Shown one piece after another: positions 47,311-56,268 of a DNA stretch of 64,000 nucleotides (positions are counted from its first letter, which is position 1; each line of letters begins with the position of its first letter). The position numbers and the translations under genes are program-made. The notes under the pieces are model-generated. The model did no database searches and was not told the DNA's origin. It saw nothing but the letters and a program-made list of their open reading frames with translations. Source of the stretch: Planctomycetota bacterium (GTDB lineage Bacteria > Planctomycetota > UBA1135); assembly GCA_045047305.1 (NCBI GenBank), contig JASFYO010000005.1, positions 12,277-76,276 on the forward strand, given 5' to 3'.

Positions 47311-50300
47311 GGCTGTTTGTTATTCCAGACAATACCCAAACTATCTAGTTCAGGGCGCAGACCTAGGTCTGCATTTGATTTAAAGGTCACGCGTACCTGT
47401 AGGAAGCGGAATGCCCGCCCCTCCAGATCGCTCATATTGGTAGTCCAATCACTTGGAGTGCTTACCGTTCCCAAAGCACCTGGAAAAAAATCACCGTGGT
47501 CATCAAAGGGCGTATCAGCATTGGTCAGTGGGGATGGATTCTGGCCTGGGTCCACCACGTGGGTCACCGATTCTGCTCCACGGAATTCCACCGTAATGGA
47601 AGTTCCCACGGGTTGATTCTCATTTGCAGGCTCAAGAATCACGTCGGTCACTTGGCCAAGAAGAAGGTTCGATCCCATATCCAGCCAGTGCGTGTAAATA
47701 CGGGAAGTATCTACTACAAAATCTGCCTGGGTCCAATAGATGTGGTCATCCCCCACGAAAGTGGTTGGGTTACCCGTTCCAGGCACAAAACCACCAATTG
47801 GGATAGTTCCACCTAAAGCCGAATTATCCGGCTGCACTTGGTGCCAGTTGCTGGAACCATCCTGACCACCTGAAGACCAAATGCGGAAGTTCACCATAGG
47901 GTTGCGTAGCGGCAACATTTGGGTGACCGAGAAGGAATTCAGGCCGAGACGGTTGTTTTGCGGGTAAACGCGGAAGCGTGCGAGCAAAGGCAAGGATACC
48001 GAAGGCACAGCTTCTGGACCCCATCCGAAAATGGTGCCATTGTCGGCAGCATACTGCTGGTTTGGTGCACCAAAGGAATTCTGGGCTCCACCGAGGTAGG
48101 TTTGCGAGATGGTGGTGTCGCGCCAAACATAGTTCGCGGTGAACTCTGGCCAAGGCATGTAAGGCGTTCCATTGTTGGAGAAGCGCTCGATGCTGTTCGC
48201 TACGTAGCTACTGCGGAAGACTTCCACTTCATCGATCCCAGATGATCCGTCGGCGGTAAAGCCGAGGATGTTGTCATCGAATGCGCTAATCAGCAATCCG
48301 GACTCACGCCAGATTGGCTGTTGGGTTAATGGATTCAAAAGTTCATCGGGGAGGAACTTGGAAGTGGAAAGCGAAAGCGAAACGTCTTCGAAAGTTTCAT
48401 CGAAAACAACACCAGCATTCGGAGACCAGTTAAAGCCTTCCACCGTCATGTTGTATTCCGTAGCGTCGCCGTATGCGAAACCAAATTCTTGTGGACGATA
48501 AGCACTCATGACCACGGCGCCAGCTGGGTTGAGTGGCTCGGTAACCGGAACCCCAAGCAGGCGATTTGACATGGCAGGACTGGAAGAGTCCGCAGCGCGG
48601 GAGAAGCGTGCTGGAAAGCGGCCAGACAGACTGTGGCCAAGAACGCTGGAGTTGCCGGCCCACTCGGACTGGCCATCGCCATTTTCATCGAGGGAAGAAC
48701 CGTTGAACATGAAGTAGCTTGCACCGTCTGCCAAGGCAGTGTGCTGCACCGTGATGGCAATGGATTGCGCTCCTGGCTCTCCAGGTTGTCCGTTGCCTGC
48801 AACAAAACCTTCCACATCCAGTGGGTTTCCAGACAAATCGAGGATGCCTTCCAAACCGCCACGCAAAGCGACGACATAGGCTTCACCGTTGACTGCGGTT
48901 TGAGGATCAAACCAACCATAAGAAGGGGTCAAGGTGTAGCGGCGGTTGCCGTCGGTTGCCTCGACTGGGCCAAACAAAATACGTCCACCAAACTCCGATG
49001 CCGCATCAGCGCCGGTGATGACAGGACGATAATCATAGCCGCGTTGGCGATCAATAAAGTCGCCGGTGCTTTCTGCTGCATTGACCTGACGATACCAAGC
49101 CGTTTCGATTTCAAACTCCGTGTTAATACTACCCACGGGAAGAACGTCTGGAGATGCAATCACGAAGGTGCTCATCGAGCGCATCGTGGTGGCGCTAATA
49201 GACTCATCGAAACGCACGGAAACGGAAGCATTGTCCGCGATGAGAATCAAACCACCGGGGATACTCGAAGTCAGGATTGGCGGTTGAAAGTCCAAGTAGC
49301 ACACTTGAACCAAAGCATCTTGCGGGGTGTAAGTCGTGGTGTAACGAGTAGGCAGTGCCGTTGCGCCGACCACGATAGATGCATCTGTAGCCTCAAGAGC
49401 AGCGCGCACAGAATAGTTATTTGGGTCCGCGCTGTTTAGTACATCGGTGACCAAAAGCAGGCCATTGCCAATCTCAAAGACATCGCCGACTTTCGGCGCC
49501 ATTGGCTTACACACGTCCAAATTTACGCTATATAGGAATTCAACCACGCTGCCGGAAATCGAAGTCACGCTGTTCACGGTTGCATCTTGCACCCCGAGCA
49601 AACTTGGCGCCGTGTTATCGAGGAGGAATCCGTTGAAGTCATCCAGGTTGTTGCCGGTACGTGCTGCACGCACCAAAACATCAGAAACTCCAGTGGATTC
49701 AAAAGGCTCCGTAGTCCGGTCTTGAACCGAAGGAGTGTGTTTGCCGTCGAGGCTGCGCAGCACCTTGGGCTGACCGATGAGCGGATCGGGCTGGGTTGGA
49801 ATTCGAATCGCCAAGTTGGCGCTTACCGAATCTGCCGACGGTGGAAAGCCCACCGAGTTCTGCGGAATCGCCTCATTGGCGGCCTCGGCTGCAGACACCG
49901 TGGTATCGAAGTAAACATAACCTTTGTCCAGGGCGCTGTCGTTCTTCACGATGTAACGTCCAGTGAAGGACAGCAGAGGCGGATTACCCGTAAACATCTG
50001 AATCGTGGTGAAGTCCACCGAAGATGGGTCAATCTGCTCCGAGAATTGCAAGCGAACCGTTGCGTTACGCGCAATCTCTGTGAACGGCGGAGCAGCATCC
50101 GCGGCCTTATCCACCACCCCTTGCAGGTTGGATTTTGCTGCGTTTAAAAGTCCGGTGAAGGTCGCAGAACCAGCATCACGCAGGATGGTCAGAGTCTCCT
50201 TTTGGCTGACTGGGTTGTTGCTGACTTCATAGTTCACGCCATCGGATTCGATGAGGTGGTTGACCAGGACGTCGGCCTCAATTAGAACGCCATTGGAGTC

Positions 50301-50468
50301 ACGCACATCGACTAATCGACCCCAGGTCAAGTTCTCAAGGAAAAGGCCAAGTGAGCTTTGCGTATCACCGCCAAGGCCGCCTGCGGAGCCTGAGGCAGAG
50401 ATGCAGCTACCACCGACCACGGTGGCGGCCGCTAAGCCAAATGCTGAGATTCGAGTGAGGAGATGCAT
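47307..50468 (-). CDS. Large surface lipoprotein with Ig-like domains (protein A)
   Basis: Signal peptide ending VVGGS-C; WGRL, RNATVRLQFSE, ILDLSGN, DENGDG and VEGFNWSP motifs. Start ATG 50468. Confidence 0.85.
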   Translation of the reverse strand: MHLLTRISAFGLAAATVVGGSCISASGSAGGLGGDTQSSLGLFLENLTWGRLVDVRDSNGVLIEADVLVNHLIESDGVNYEVSNNPVSQKETLTILRDAGSATFTGLLNAAKSNLQGVVDKAADAAPPFTEIARNATVRLQFSEQIDPSSVDFTTIQMFTGNPPLLSFTGRYIVKNDSALDKGYVYFDTTVSAAEAANEAIPQNSVGFPPSADSVSANLAIRIPTQPDPLIGQPKVLRSLDGKHTPSVQDRTTEPFESTGVSDVLVRAARTGNNLDDFNGFLLDNTAPSLLGVQDATVNSVTSISGSVVEFLYSVNLDVCKPMAPKVGDVFEIGNGLLLVTDVLNSADPNNYSVRAALEATDASIVVGATALPTRYTTTYTPQDALVQVCYLDFQPPILTSSIPGGLILIADNASVSVRFDESISATTMRSMSTFVIASPDVLPVGSINTEFEIETAWYRQVNAAESTGDFIDRQRGYDYRPVITGADAASEFGGRILFGPVEATDGNRRYTLTPSYGWFDPQTAVNGEAYVVALRGGLEGILDLSGNPLDVEGFVAGNGQPGEPGAQSIAITVQHTALADGASYFMFNGSSLDENGDGQSEWAGNSSVLGHSLSGRFPARFSRAADSSSPAMSNRLLGVPVTEPLNPAGAVVMSAYRPQEFGFAYGDATEYNMTVEGFNWSPNAGVVFDETFEDVSLSLSTSKFLPDELLNPLTQQPIWRESGLLISAFDDNILGFTADGSSGIDEVEVFRSSYVANSIERFSNNGTPYMPWPEFTANYVWRDTTISQTYLGGAQNSFGAPNQQYAADNGTIFGWGPEAVPSVSLPLLARFRVYPQNNRLGLNSFSVTQMLPLRNPMVNFRIWSSGGQDGSSNWHQVQPDNSALGGTIPIGGFVPGTGNPTTFVGDDHIYWTQADFVVDTSRIYTHWLDMGSNLLLGQVTDVILEPANENQPVGTSITVEFRGAESVTHVVDPGQNPSPLTNADTPFDDHGDFFPGALGTVSTPSDWTTNMSDLEGRAFRFLQVRVTFKSNADLGLRPELDSLGIVWNNKQP

Positions 50469-50693
50469 CCTTTTGGGTTGATTCACGGATTCTATTTTTG
50501 TTAGCGCTAGGTGGGACAACACCTAGACCGACTATCCTAAAGCGGCGAGTCAGACTTAGCTGTTCCTTATTGGCAAATCCCGTACCAACGCCGGGAAGTG
50601 CCTGTATGGGGCTATTTTAGGGCAGGAACGCCCGCAGGGTGCGGTTTCGCACCAAGGCTTCCTGCTGCTAAGTTTAGCTCCTGAAAGCGGAGA

Positions 50694-52064
50694 TTATCCA
50701 CCCCATTGATAGCCTGCTCGCTCCGCGGCGTCACGGTCCAAAAAAGGTTGCAGGTTTTCTGACCGAATGCGAAGAGCTGCGCCAGAAAACAATGCATGAA
50801 CCTTGTTGGTTGAACGGCAGCCAGCATATTCCACCGCAAGCTGAGTATCACAATAGGTACACAAAAAGCTCCGGCGTGCCGCTCCGATCACCCGCCAAGA
50901 TGCCGAGAGCCCTTCAGCACGGGAAACGCAGGCTGGATTAGGGCAGGGACCCAGCTGCTCGTCGGGGCTGCCGGCCGGTAAGGGCGACAAATACGGCAGC
51001 GGCCAGCGGTCTTGACGCAACATAGCGAGATAAATCGCTTGGCGTACCACCGGGCCCAGCTTGGCTTGCTCAAAGTAAAGCGCGCGTGGGTCTTCATCGA
51101 TTTCCGCCGGGAGCTCTCCAAGTCGTGGCAGGGGATGCAAAATCTTACATTCAGCGAGCAAAGGGTTTTGCATTTGAGCCGGCGTCAATCCGGGATAGGA
51201 GCCGTGCCCCGCTTCGGCCCCCCGCTCAGCCTGAAGACGCGTGAGATAGAGCGCATCGAGGGCGTCAATCGCTGGCACCTCTTCACGAAACAGAGATTTC
51301 TGCACCAACCCTTTCGGCTCCAGCACGCGAGCCTCTGCATTACCTGTCCAATCACCAAACAATGGGTGCTTAACCCACCGTAAACGATAGTCGAAGCGAT
51401 CCAAGATACGACGCTCAAAGCCGGCTTCCCAATCCAGGCCTACTCCGGGCAACAACACAATGCGTACTCCCAAAACTGCAAGTGCCCAAACCAAGGAACG
51501 TGCGGTGCGGCCATTGCGCAAGTCCCCCATCACTGCAACTGTGCGACCAGCAAAATCACCCCATTCACGGTATAGCGTGTATAGATCCACCAAGGTTTGC
51601 GTTGGATGGCCGAGGCGGCCGTCACCGCCATTCACCACTGGCACCTGGGTTACTTGGCTGGCGAGTCGAGACGCTCCATCGAGCGGATGGCGCAACACTA
51701 AGAGATCCACATAACTGCCAATCACCCGCGCCATATCAACCAAGCTTTCTCCCTTACTTTCACTCGAAGTTTTAGGGTCGGCCATAGAGATAACCGAGGC
51801 GCCAAGCCGGTGCGCGGCGGCTTCGAAGGAGAGGCGCGTGCGCGTGGATGGCTCCGCAAATACGGTAGCGATCACCGAACCGCGCAAAGCATCTTCAAAA
51901 TCACTTGGTCGTGCCTCCAGTTCCTCCACTCGCTGAAAGAAAGCTTGCAGGAAAGGCGTGTTTAGGGCTTCCGAAGAATGGAGACCCTCCATGACCGGCA
52001 AGAGATGCATCGGGCGATTAGGAGACGGGACAGGAAAGCTGGCCGAAGTGGCGAGTGATTCCAC
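50694..52064 (-). CDS. pyrB: Aspartate carbamoyltransferase catalytic chain fused to a PyrI-type Zn domain and an Ada-like domain
   Basis: FAEPSTRTRLSFE, KGESL.D, HPTQTL.D, TRLQ.ER and HPLPR motifs; C-terminal CPNPAC...CTYC. Confidence 0.92.
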   Translation of the reverse strand: MESLATSASFPVPSPNRPMHLLPVMEGLHSSEALNTPFLQAFFQRVEELEARPSDFEDALRGSVIATVFAEPSTRTRLSFEAAAHRLGASVISMADPKTSSESKGESLVDMARVIGSYVDLLVLRHPLDGASRLASQVTQVPVVNGGDGRLGHPTQTLVDLYTLYREWGDFAGRTVAVMGDLRNGRTARSLVWALAVLGVRIVLLPGVGLDWEAGFERRILDRFDYRLRWVKHPLFGDWTGNAEARVLEPKGLVQKSLFREEVPAIDALDALYLTRLQAERGAEAGHGSYPGLTPAQMQNPLLAECKILHPLPRLGELPAEIDEDPRALYFEQAKLGPVVRQAIYLAMLRQDRWPLPYLSPLPAGSPDEQLGPCPNPACVSRAEGLSASWRVIGAARRSFLCTYCDTQLAVEYAGCRSTNKVHALFSGAALRIRSENLQPFLDRDAAERAGYQWGG

Positions 52065-52077
52065 CTATAGGATAACG

Positions 52078-53121
52078 TCAACTGCTCGCAAGCAGCAGGG
52101 CTTCCAGCTCTTCCCGCTGAGATTTCTTCACTGCCACGAGACTCCCCGGAGGCGGAACATGCCCAAGACGGCTAAGAACGCAGGCCTCCAGTTGGGCGAT
52201 CCAAGACTCTCCAAGTGCCAAACAGCCACTCAAATCAGCCACTAGCCCCATGGCATCCGGCCGCCAGGTAGATTCCAAGTCACAACGATTGAGTACAACC
52301 AGGTCACGATTTTTACGCTGGGACATAACTTGGCGGAGGACAGGATTAGGAGCAACATGCTGATCCAGCACCCAAATGACCATCCAGGCGGAAGCCACTT
52401 CCTCTAAAGCCAGCACCATCGCTTGTTGATCAAGCACACTTAAGCCTTCGCCAATACCTGCAGTATCACTGAGCAAAAACAGGGTTTGCTCCATCTCCTT
52501 TCCAAGCAGGATGGGCGCTTCCACCGAGTCCCTGGTGGTGCCGCTTCCATCCTGGATTGTTGCCAAGGCCGCCCGGTTCCACAGGTTAAACAAACTCGAT
52601 TTGCCAACATTCGGCGGTCCTGCCAACACGATTTTCGGCGGAGACTCTAAAACTTCGGCCCAAGAGTTCCACTGCTGGATTTCCTGAATGCGAGCACGTC
52701 GTTGAAGTGGAGACAAAGAATCCAAACGTTGCATTTCAAGCGCAAAAGCTTGCTTTCGGTGGGCGCCAAATACGCGTGCAGCCAATGGAGAATTTGCGTG
52801 TAAAAAGACATCCTCCAACGAGGAATTGGTCCCATTCGCTTCCTCCTTCCAACCGCGCTGTTGCATCCATGCACGAAACGCTGCTGCTACCCCATAACCA
52901 CCATGAAGATGACACTCCAACGTAAGCTTTTTTCCATTCTGCGCGCGCCGCCAGAGTAAAGCCTCATCAAAAGGAAACGTGTGCCGATCCAAGCGAAAAC
53001 TTTCATCGGATATCGGAAGATGCTGGTCGAACAAGTTGGCGCAATCATCGGCCTCTCCTTCTACCAGCCAAATCGAGAGAGCACTGCTACCAGGCGCCGA
53101 CAAACGACAGAACGTTTTCAT
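52078..53121 (-). CDS. Short MnmE/TrmE-like GTPase
   Basis: N-terminal SAPG..ALS and E.HLHGG; G1 GPPNVGKSS, GTTRD, DTAG, NRCD. ATGA overlap with the coaX stop. Confidence 0.8.
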   Translation of the reverse strand: MKTFCRLSAPGSSALSIWLVEGEADDCANLFDQHLPISDESFRLDRHTFPFDEALLWRRAQNGKKLTLECHLHGGYGVAAAFRAWMQQRGWKEEANGTNSSLEDVFLHANSPLAARVFGAHRKQAFALEMQRLDSLSPLQRRARIQEIQQWNSWAEVLESPPKIVLAGPPNVGKSSLFNLWNRAALATIQDGSGTTRDSVEAPILLGKEMEQTLFLLSDTAGIGEGLSVLDQQAMVLALEEVASAWMVIWVLDQHVAPNPVLRQVMSQRKNRDLVVLNRCDLESTWRPDAMGLVADLSGCLALGESWIAQLEACVLSRLGHVPPPGSLVAVKKSQREELEALLLASS

Positions 53122-53819
53122 CGATGTAAAGCCGCTAAGGCTTGCAACACCAGATTCTCTTCCAGCTTCCAGCCCGGCATGAGAGCAAGCAAACGTTTGG
53201 CATCGCCACCGGTCAGGAAGCACTGCGCCTCGGTTTGCTGGTGTAAGAACTCCGTAGCCAAAGCAGTGATGCCATGGGCGAAAGCACGGCGGGTTCCCGC
53301 GGCAACGGCCGAAGCCGTATCCGCTGGGATCCCAGTCCTTTGTTCATTGGGGGCATCCAGGTGTGGACACGCTTGCGCCAGAGCCCGCTCTTGCAAGCCC
53401 AAACCGGCACCGATAGCGCCGCCTAAGAAGCACCCCTCTGCATTTACCACGTCTAGGGTCAATGCGGTACCGCAATCCGCGACCACCACCGCTGATTGAG
53501 TTCTGTGGTGCACCAACCAGGAGGCTAATAAGCGGTCAATACCAGTGCCGATGGACTTAATTTGCAGAGGAACCTGCTCCGGCTGCACCATAGAAACCTC
53601 CACCGCGTGCAAGCCAAAGTCCAGTAAGCGTTCGCATCCCTGGACAGAGCTGCTAGCAAGAGTCACCCCTCGAACGGACTCCGAAATTAAATAATTGGCA
53701 AGCCTCTGACACTCGGACGCCTCCCGCCACGCAAAACTGTGTACTACGGAAAGGCTGGCATCTGCAATCTTCAAACGCTGATTGCCAAGATCTGCGAGCA
53801 GGTGTTGCTCTCCGACCAC
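53118..53819 (-). CDS. coaX: Type III pantothenate kinase
   Basis: DLGNQRLK, GIDR, DCGTA.T.D, GGAI..G and TGGDA motifs. Confidence 0.9.
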   Translation of the reverse strand: MVGEQHLLADLGNQRLKIADASLSVVHSFAWREASECQRLANYLISESVRGVTLASSSVQGCERLLDFGLHAVEVSMVQPEQVPLQIKSIGTGIDRLLASWLVHHRTQSAVVVADCGTALTLDVVNAEGCFLGGAIGAGLGLQERALAQACPHLDAPNEQRTGIPADTASAVAAGTRRAFAHGITALATEFLHQQTEAQCFLTGGDAKRLLALMPGWKLEENLVLQALAALHR

Positions 53820-53824
53820 GGCCC

Positions 53825-54811
53825 TTAGCGAGGAAGGCGGAAAGTCAACGTACGTACGCCACCGAGGCGCTCCACTTTCACTTCGATGACATCCGTGTCC
53901 ATTTCGCGCACCGAACGAAACAGCTGGTCGCGGTCGACGGCTGGTTGACCATTCACTTCCAGCAAAATGTCATCGGCCTTGATGCCAAGACGCGAGAACA
54001 CCGACCCCGCAGGCACGCTGCGAATGCGCAAACCACGCACCTTGTTTGAAAGTGGGTCGCGCGCAACACGGACCGGAACCGAGGCAAGGATTTCCTCCTG
54101 CGACATCTTCTCTAACTCGCGTAAATCATTGGACCCGATTTCATAAGCGCCAGCTTCCACTTGTTCGGTTCGCTCGGGTGCGACATAAACCACTGCTACG
54201 CCATCTACCTCTGCAGAGCCTCCCCTACTTGTATCGTTACCGCGAACGAAAACCCGGCCATGATCGACTTCGTAGGCGCCTGGCAGAACCACCATCATTG
54301 TGCCGGTATCCACCACTTGAATTTCAACTTCGCCGGGGCGCACAGCCACCAGTTTTAACTCTAATCCCTTTTTATCATCCAATTCAAACGTTGATCCGAC
54401 ACCGATCAAGTCTCCAGGAATATACTCATCCTTGGGACGCTCAGTACGGCCCTGAATCCACGCCGCAGAGGGTGCCTGAATCCATGGCACCAAAATATCA
54501 TTTGGAGAAATACGCGGCTTGACCTTCACCTCTTCCTCTTCTTTGAGGACAGGCGGCGGCGCAACGTACCCAGTGATGTTCAAGGCTTGAAGCACCTTGT
54601 AATTTTCATACGGCTTCAGGTGGCCACCATTCCGGCCAGCTGCACTGCCATCAGCGCCAAAGGTACCTTCCAGTTTCGCCATCGAGATCTGGCGCACGAT
54701 GACGTCTTTGTTCTGGATGTAGTCAAACATCTTCCAGCCAAATCCACCAAGGGTGCCAAGTCCAACTAGGACTAACACTAAGCGCAGCAGTTTCTCGTTC
54801 ACGTATGGCAT
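53825..54811 (-). CDS. GspC-like inner-membrane protein with C-terminal PDZ domain
   Basis: N-terminal transmembrane segment; C-terminal GLRIRSV..GSVF..LGIK.DDILLEVNG...V.VER.G, typical of the GspC PDZ domain. Confidence 0.7.
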   Translation of the reverse strand: MPYVNEKLLRLVLVLVGLGTLGGFGWKMFDYIQNKDVIVRQISMAKLEGTFGADGSAAGRNGGHLKPYENYKVLQALNITGYVAPPPVLKEEEEVKVKPRISPNDILVPWIQAPSAAWIQGRTERPKDEYIPGDLIGVGSTFELDDKKGLELKLVAVRPGEVEIQVVDTGTMMVVLPGAYEVDHGRVFVRGNDTSRGGSAEVDGVAVVYVAPERTEQVEAGAYEIGSNDLRELEKMSQEEILASVPVRVARDPLSNKVRGLRIRSVPAGSVFSRLGIKADDILLEVNGQPAVDRDQLFRSVREMDTDVIEVKVERLGGVRTLTFRLPR

Positions 54812-54861
54812 CTTATCCCGTATTCCAGCTGATTGCGACGCCTACACCCCGCAGCTTCTTC

Positions 54862-55884
54862 CTACTCTTCGTTGCCAAAGTCAACTAAACGTACTAATTC
54901 TTGGGTCAGCCGGTCCAATCCAAATCCAGTGGCCGCCGAAATCGCAAACACCGGCTGGCCCAGCTCCGCGAATAACTCCTTTGCGCGCTGCTGGCCTTCC
55001 TCATCCTCCACCTTCGTGGCCACCACAAGGCTCGGGCGGGAGCCGAGATTAGCCCCATAGGCTTCGATTTCCCCACGAATCACCCGATACGCCTCCATAG
55101 GGGCGGTGTCTGCCATGACCGAGCAATCCACCAAGTGCAAGAGAACGTTGGTGCGCTCAATGTGGCGCAGAAACTGATCGCCCAAACCTTTGCCATCTGA
55201 GGCGCCTTCAATCAGGCCAGGAATGTCTGCCAAGACTAGGTTGCGATCTCCTTGCCCCAAATCCAGGATGCCGAGAGAGGGGTCTAACGTGGTGAATGGA
55301 TAGTCTGCAACTCGTGGACGCGCTGCCGTCATACGACTTAATAAGGTTGATTTGCCTGCATTCGGCAATCCGAGCAGGCCGACGTCGGCCACAAGCTTCA
55401 ACTCCAATCGCAGTTTGCGCGATTCACCTGGGATACCACGCTCAAAGTGAGTGGGCGACTGCACCGTCGCAGATGCAAAACGGGCATTTCCACGGCCGCC
55501 CTTGCCACCGGCCGCAACGACCAAAGTCATGCCATCTTGATCCAGATCTGCAAGCAAGTTGCCGCGATCCAAATCATAGATTTGGGTACCGACAGGCACC
55601 TTGATGCGCAAATCTTCTCCACCCCGGCCACTGCGGTTATTGCCTCCACCAGGCTGACCGTCGGTGGCGCGCGCATGATGGTTCCGCGTGATACGGAAAA
55701 GGGAATTTTCCTGGCGATCAGCGATCATGACCACATCGCCGCCCTTGCCCCCGTCGCCGCCATCGGGACCACCCATGTTGACGTATTTCTCCCGGTGCAT
55801 GGAGGAACATCCAGCTCCACCATGACCGGCAGACGCAATCATGACCGCTTCATCGCGGAACATGTTTTCGATTTTCTGAGCCAT
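54862..55884 (-). CDS. obgE: GTPase ObgE
   Basis: GGPDGGDGGKGG, ADVGLLGLPNAGKST, YPFTTL and DIPGLIEGA motifs. Confidence 0.97.
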   Translation of the reverse strand: MAQKIENMFRDEAVMIASAGHGGAGCSSMHREKYVNMGGPDGGDGGKGGDVVMIADRQENSLFRITRNHHARATDGQPGGGNNRSGRGGEDLRIKVPVGTQIYDLDRGNLLADLDQDGMTLVVAAGGKGGRGNARFASATVQSPTHFERGIPGESRKLRLELKLVADVGLLGLPNAGKSTLLSRMTAARPRVADYPFTTLDPSLGILDLGQGDRNLVLADIPGLIEGASDGKGLGDQFLRHIERTNVLLHLVDCSVMADTAPMEAYRVIRGEIEAYGANLGSRPSLVVATKVEDEEGQQRAKELFAELGQPVFAISAATGFGLDRLTQELVRLVDFGNEE

Positions 55885-55919
55885 CGGTTTGTTGTCTGGG
55901 TTTTGGGTGCTTCAGCAAG

Positions 55920-55952
55920 GAAGCCCGGCGGTCCTAAGGACTACCGGGCTTC
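55920..55952 (-). other. Hairpin between rpmA and obgE (attenuator or stability element)
   Basis: GAAGCCCGG..GTCC-TAA-GGAC..CCGGGCTTC imperfect inverted repeat. Confidence 0.55.
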
Positions 55953-55992
55953 AAGTTTTCCGGGAAGTGCTGCTGGAGCACTCCGGCAGGGA

Positions 55993-56241
55993 TTAACCCT
56001 CGATGGGGACAATCGTAACGCGTTGACGAGACTGGTACTCGACGGTGCCATCCCACAATGCGAACAAAGTGTAGTCCTTACCCATGCCGACGCCGCGGCC
56101 AGGATGATGCTTGGTTCCGCACTGACGGATCAAGATTGCACCTGCACGTACGGTTTCACCACCATACTTCTTGATACCACGCATTTGCGGGTTTGAATCC
56201 CGACCGTTCTTGGTCGAGCCACCACCTTTCTTATGTGCCAT
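55993..56241 (-). CDS. rpmA: 50S ribosomal protein L27
   Basis: [16 protein letters not shown]...RQCGT...GKDYTLFA. Confidence 0.98.
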   Translation of the reverse strand: MAHKKGGGSTKNGRDSNPQMRGIKKYGGETVRAGAILIRQCGTKHHPGRGVGMGKDYTLFALWDGTVEYQSRQRVTIVPIEG

Positions 56242-56268
56242 AATTTTTCTCCTGGTCCTTAGACCAGA

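Noticed and set aside
52065..52074. TATCCT 4 nt upstream of the pyrB GTG as another leaderless promoter
   Set aside because: The spacing is too short for the TSS to include this codon and the pyrB start is uncertain, so it was left out of the tally.
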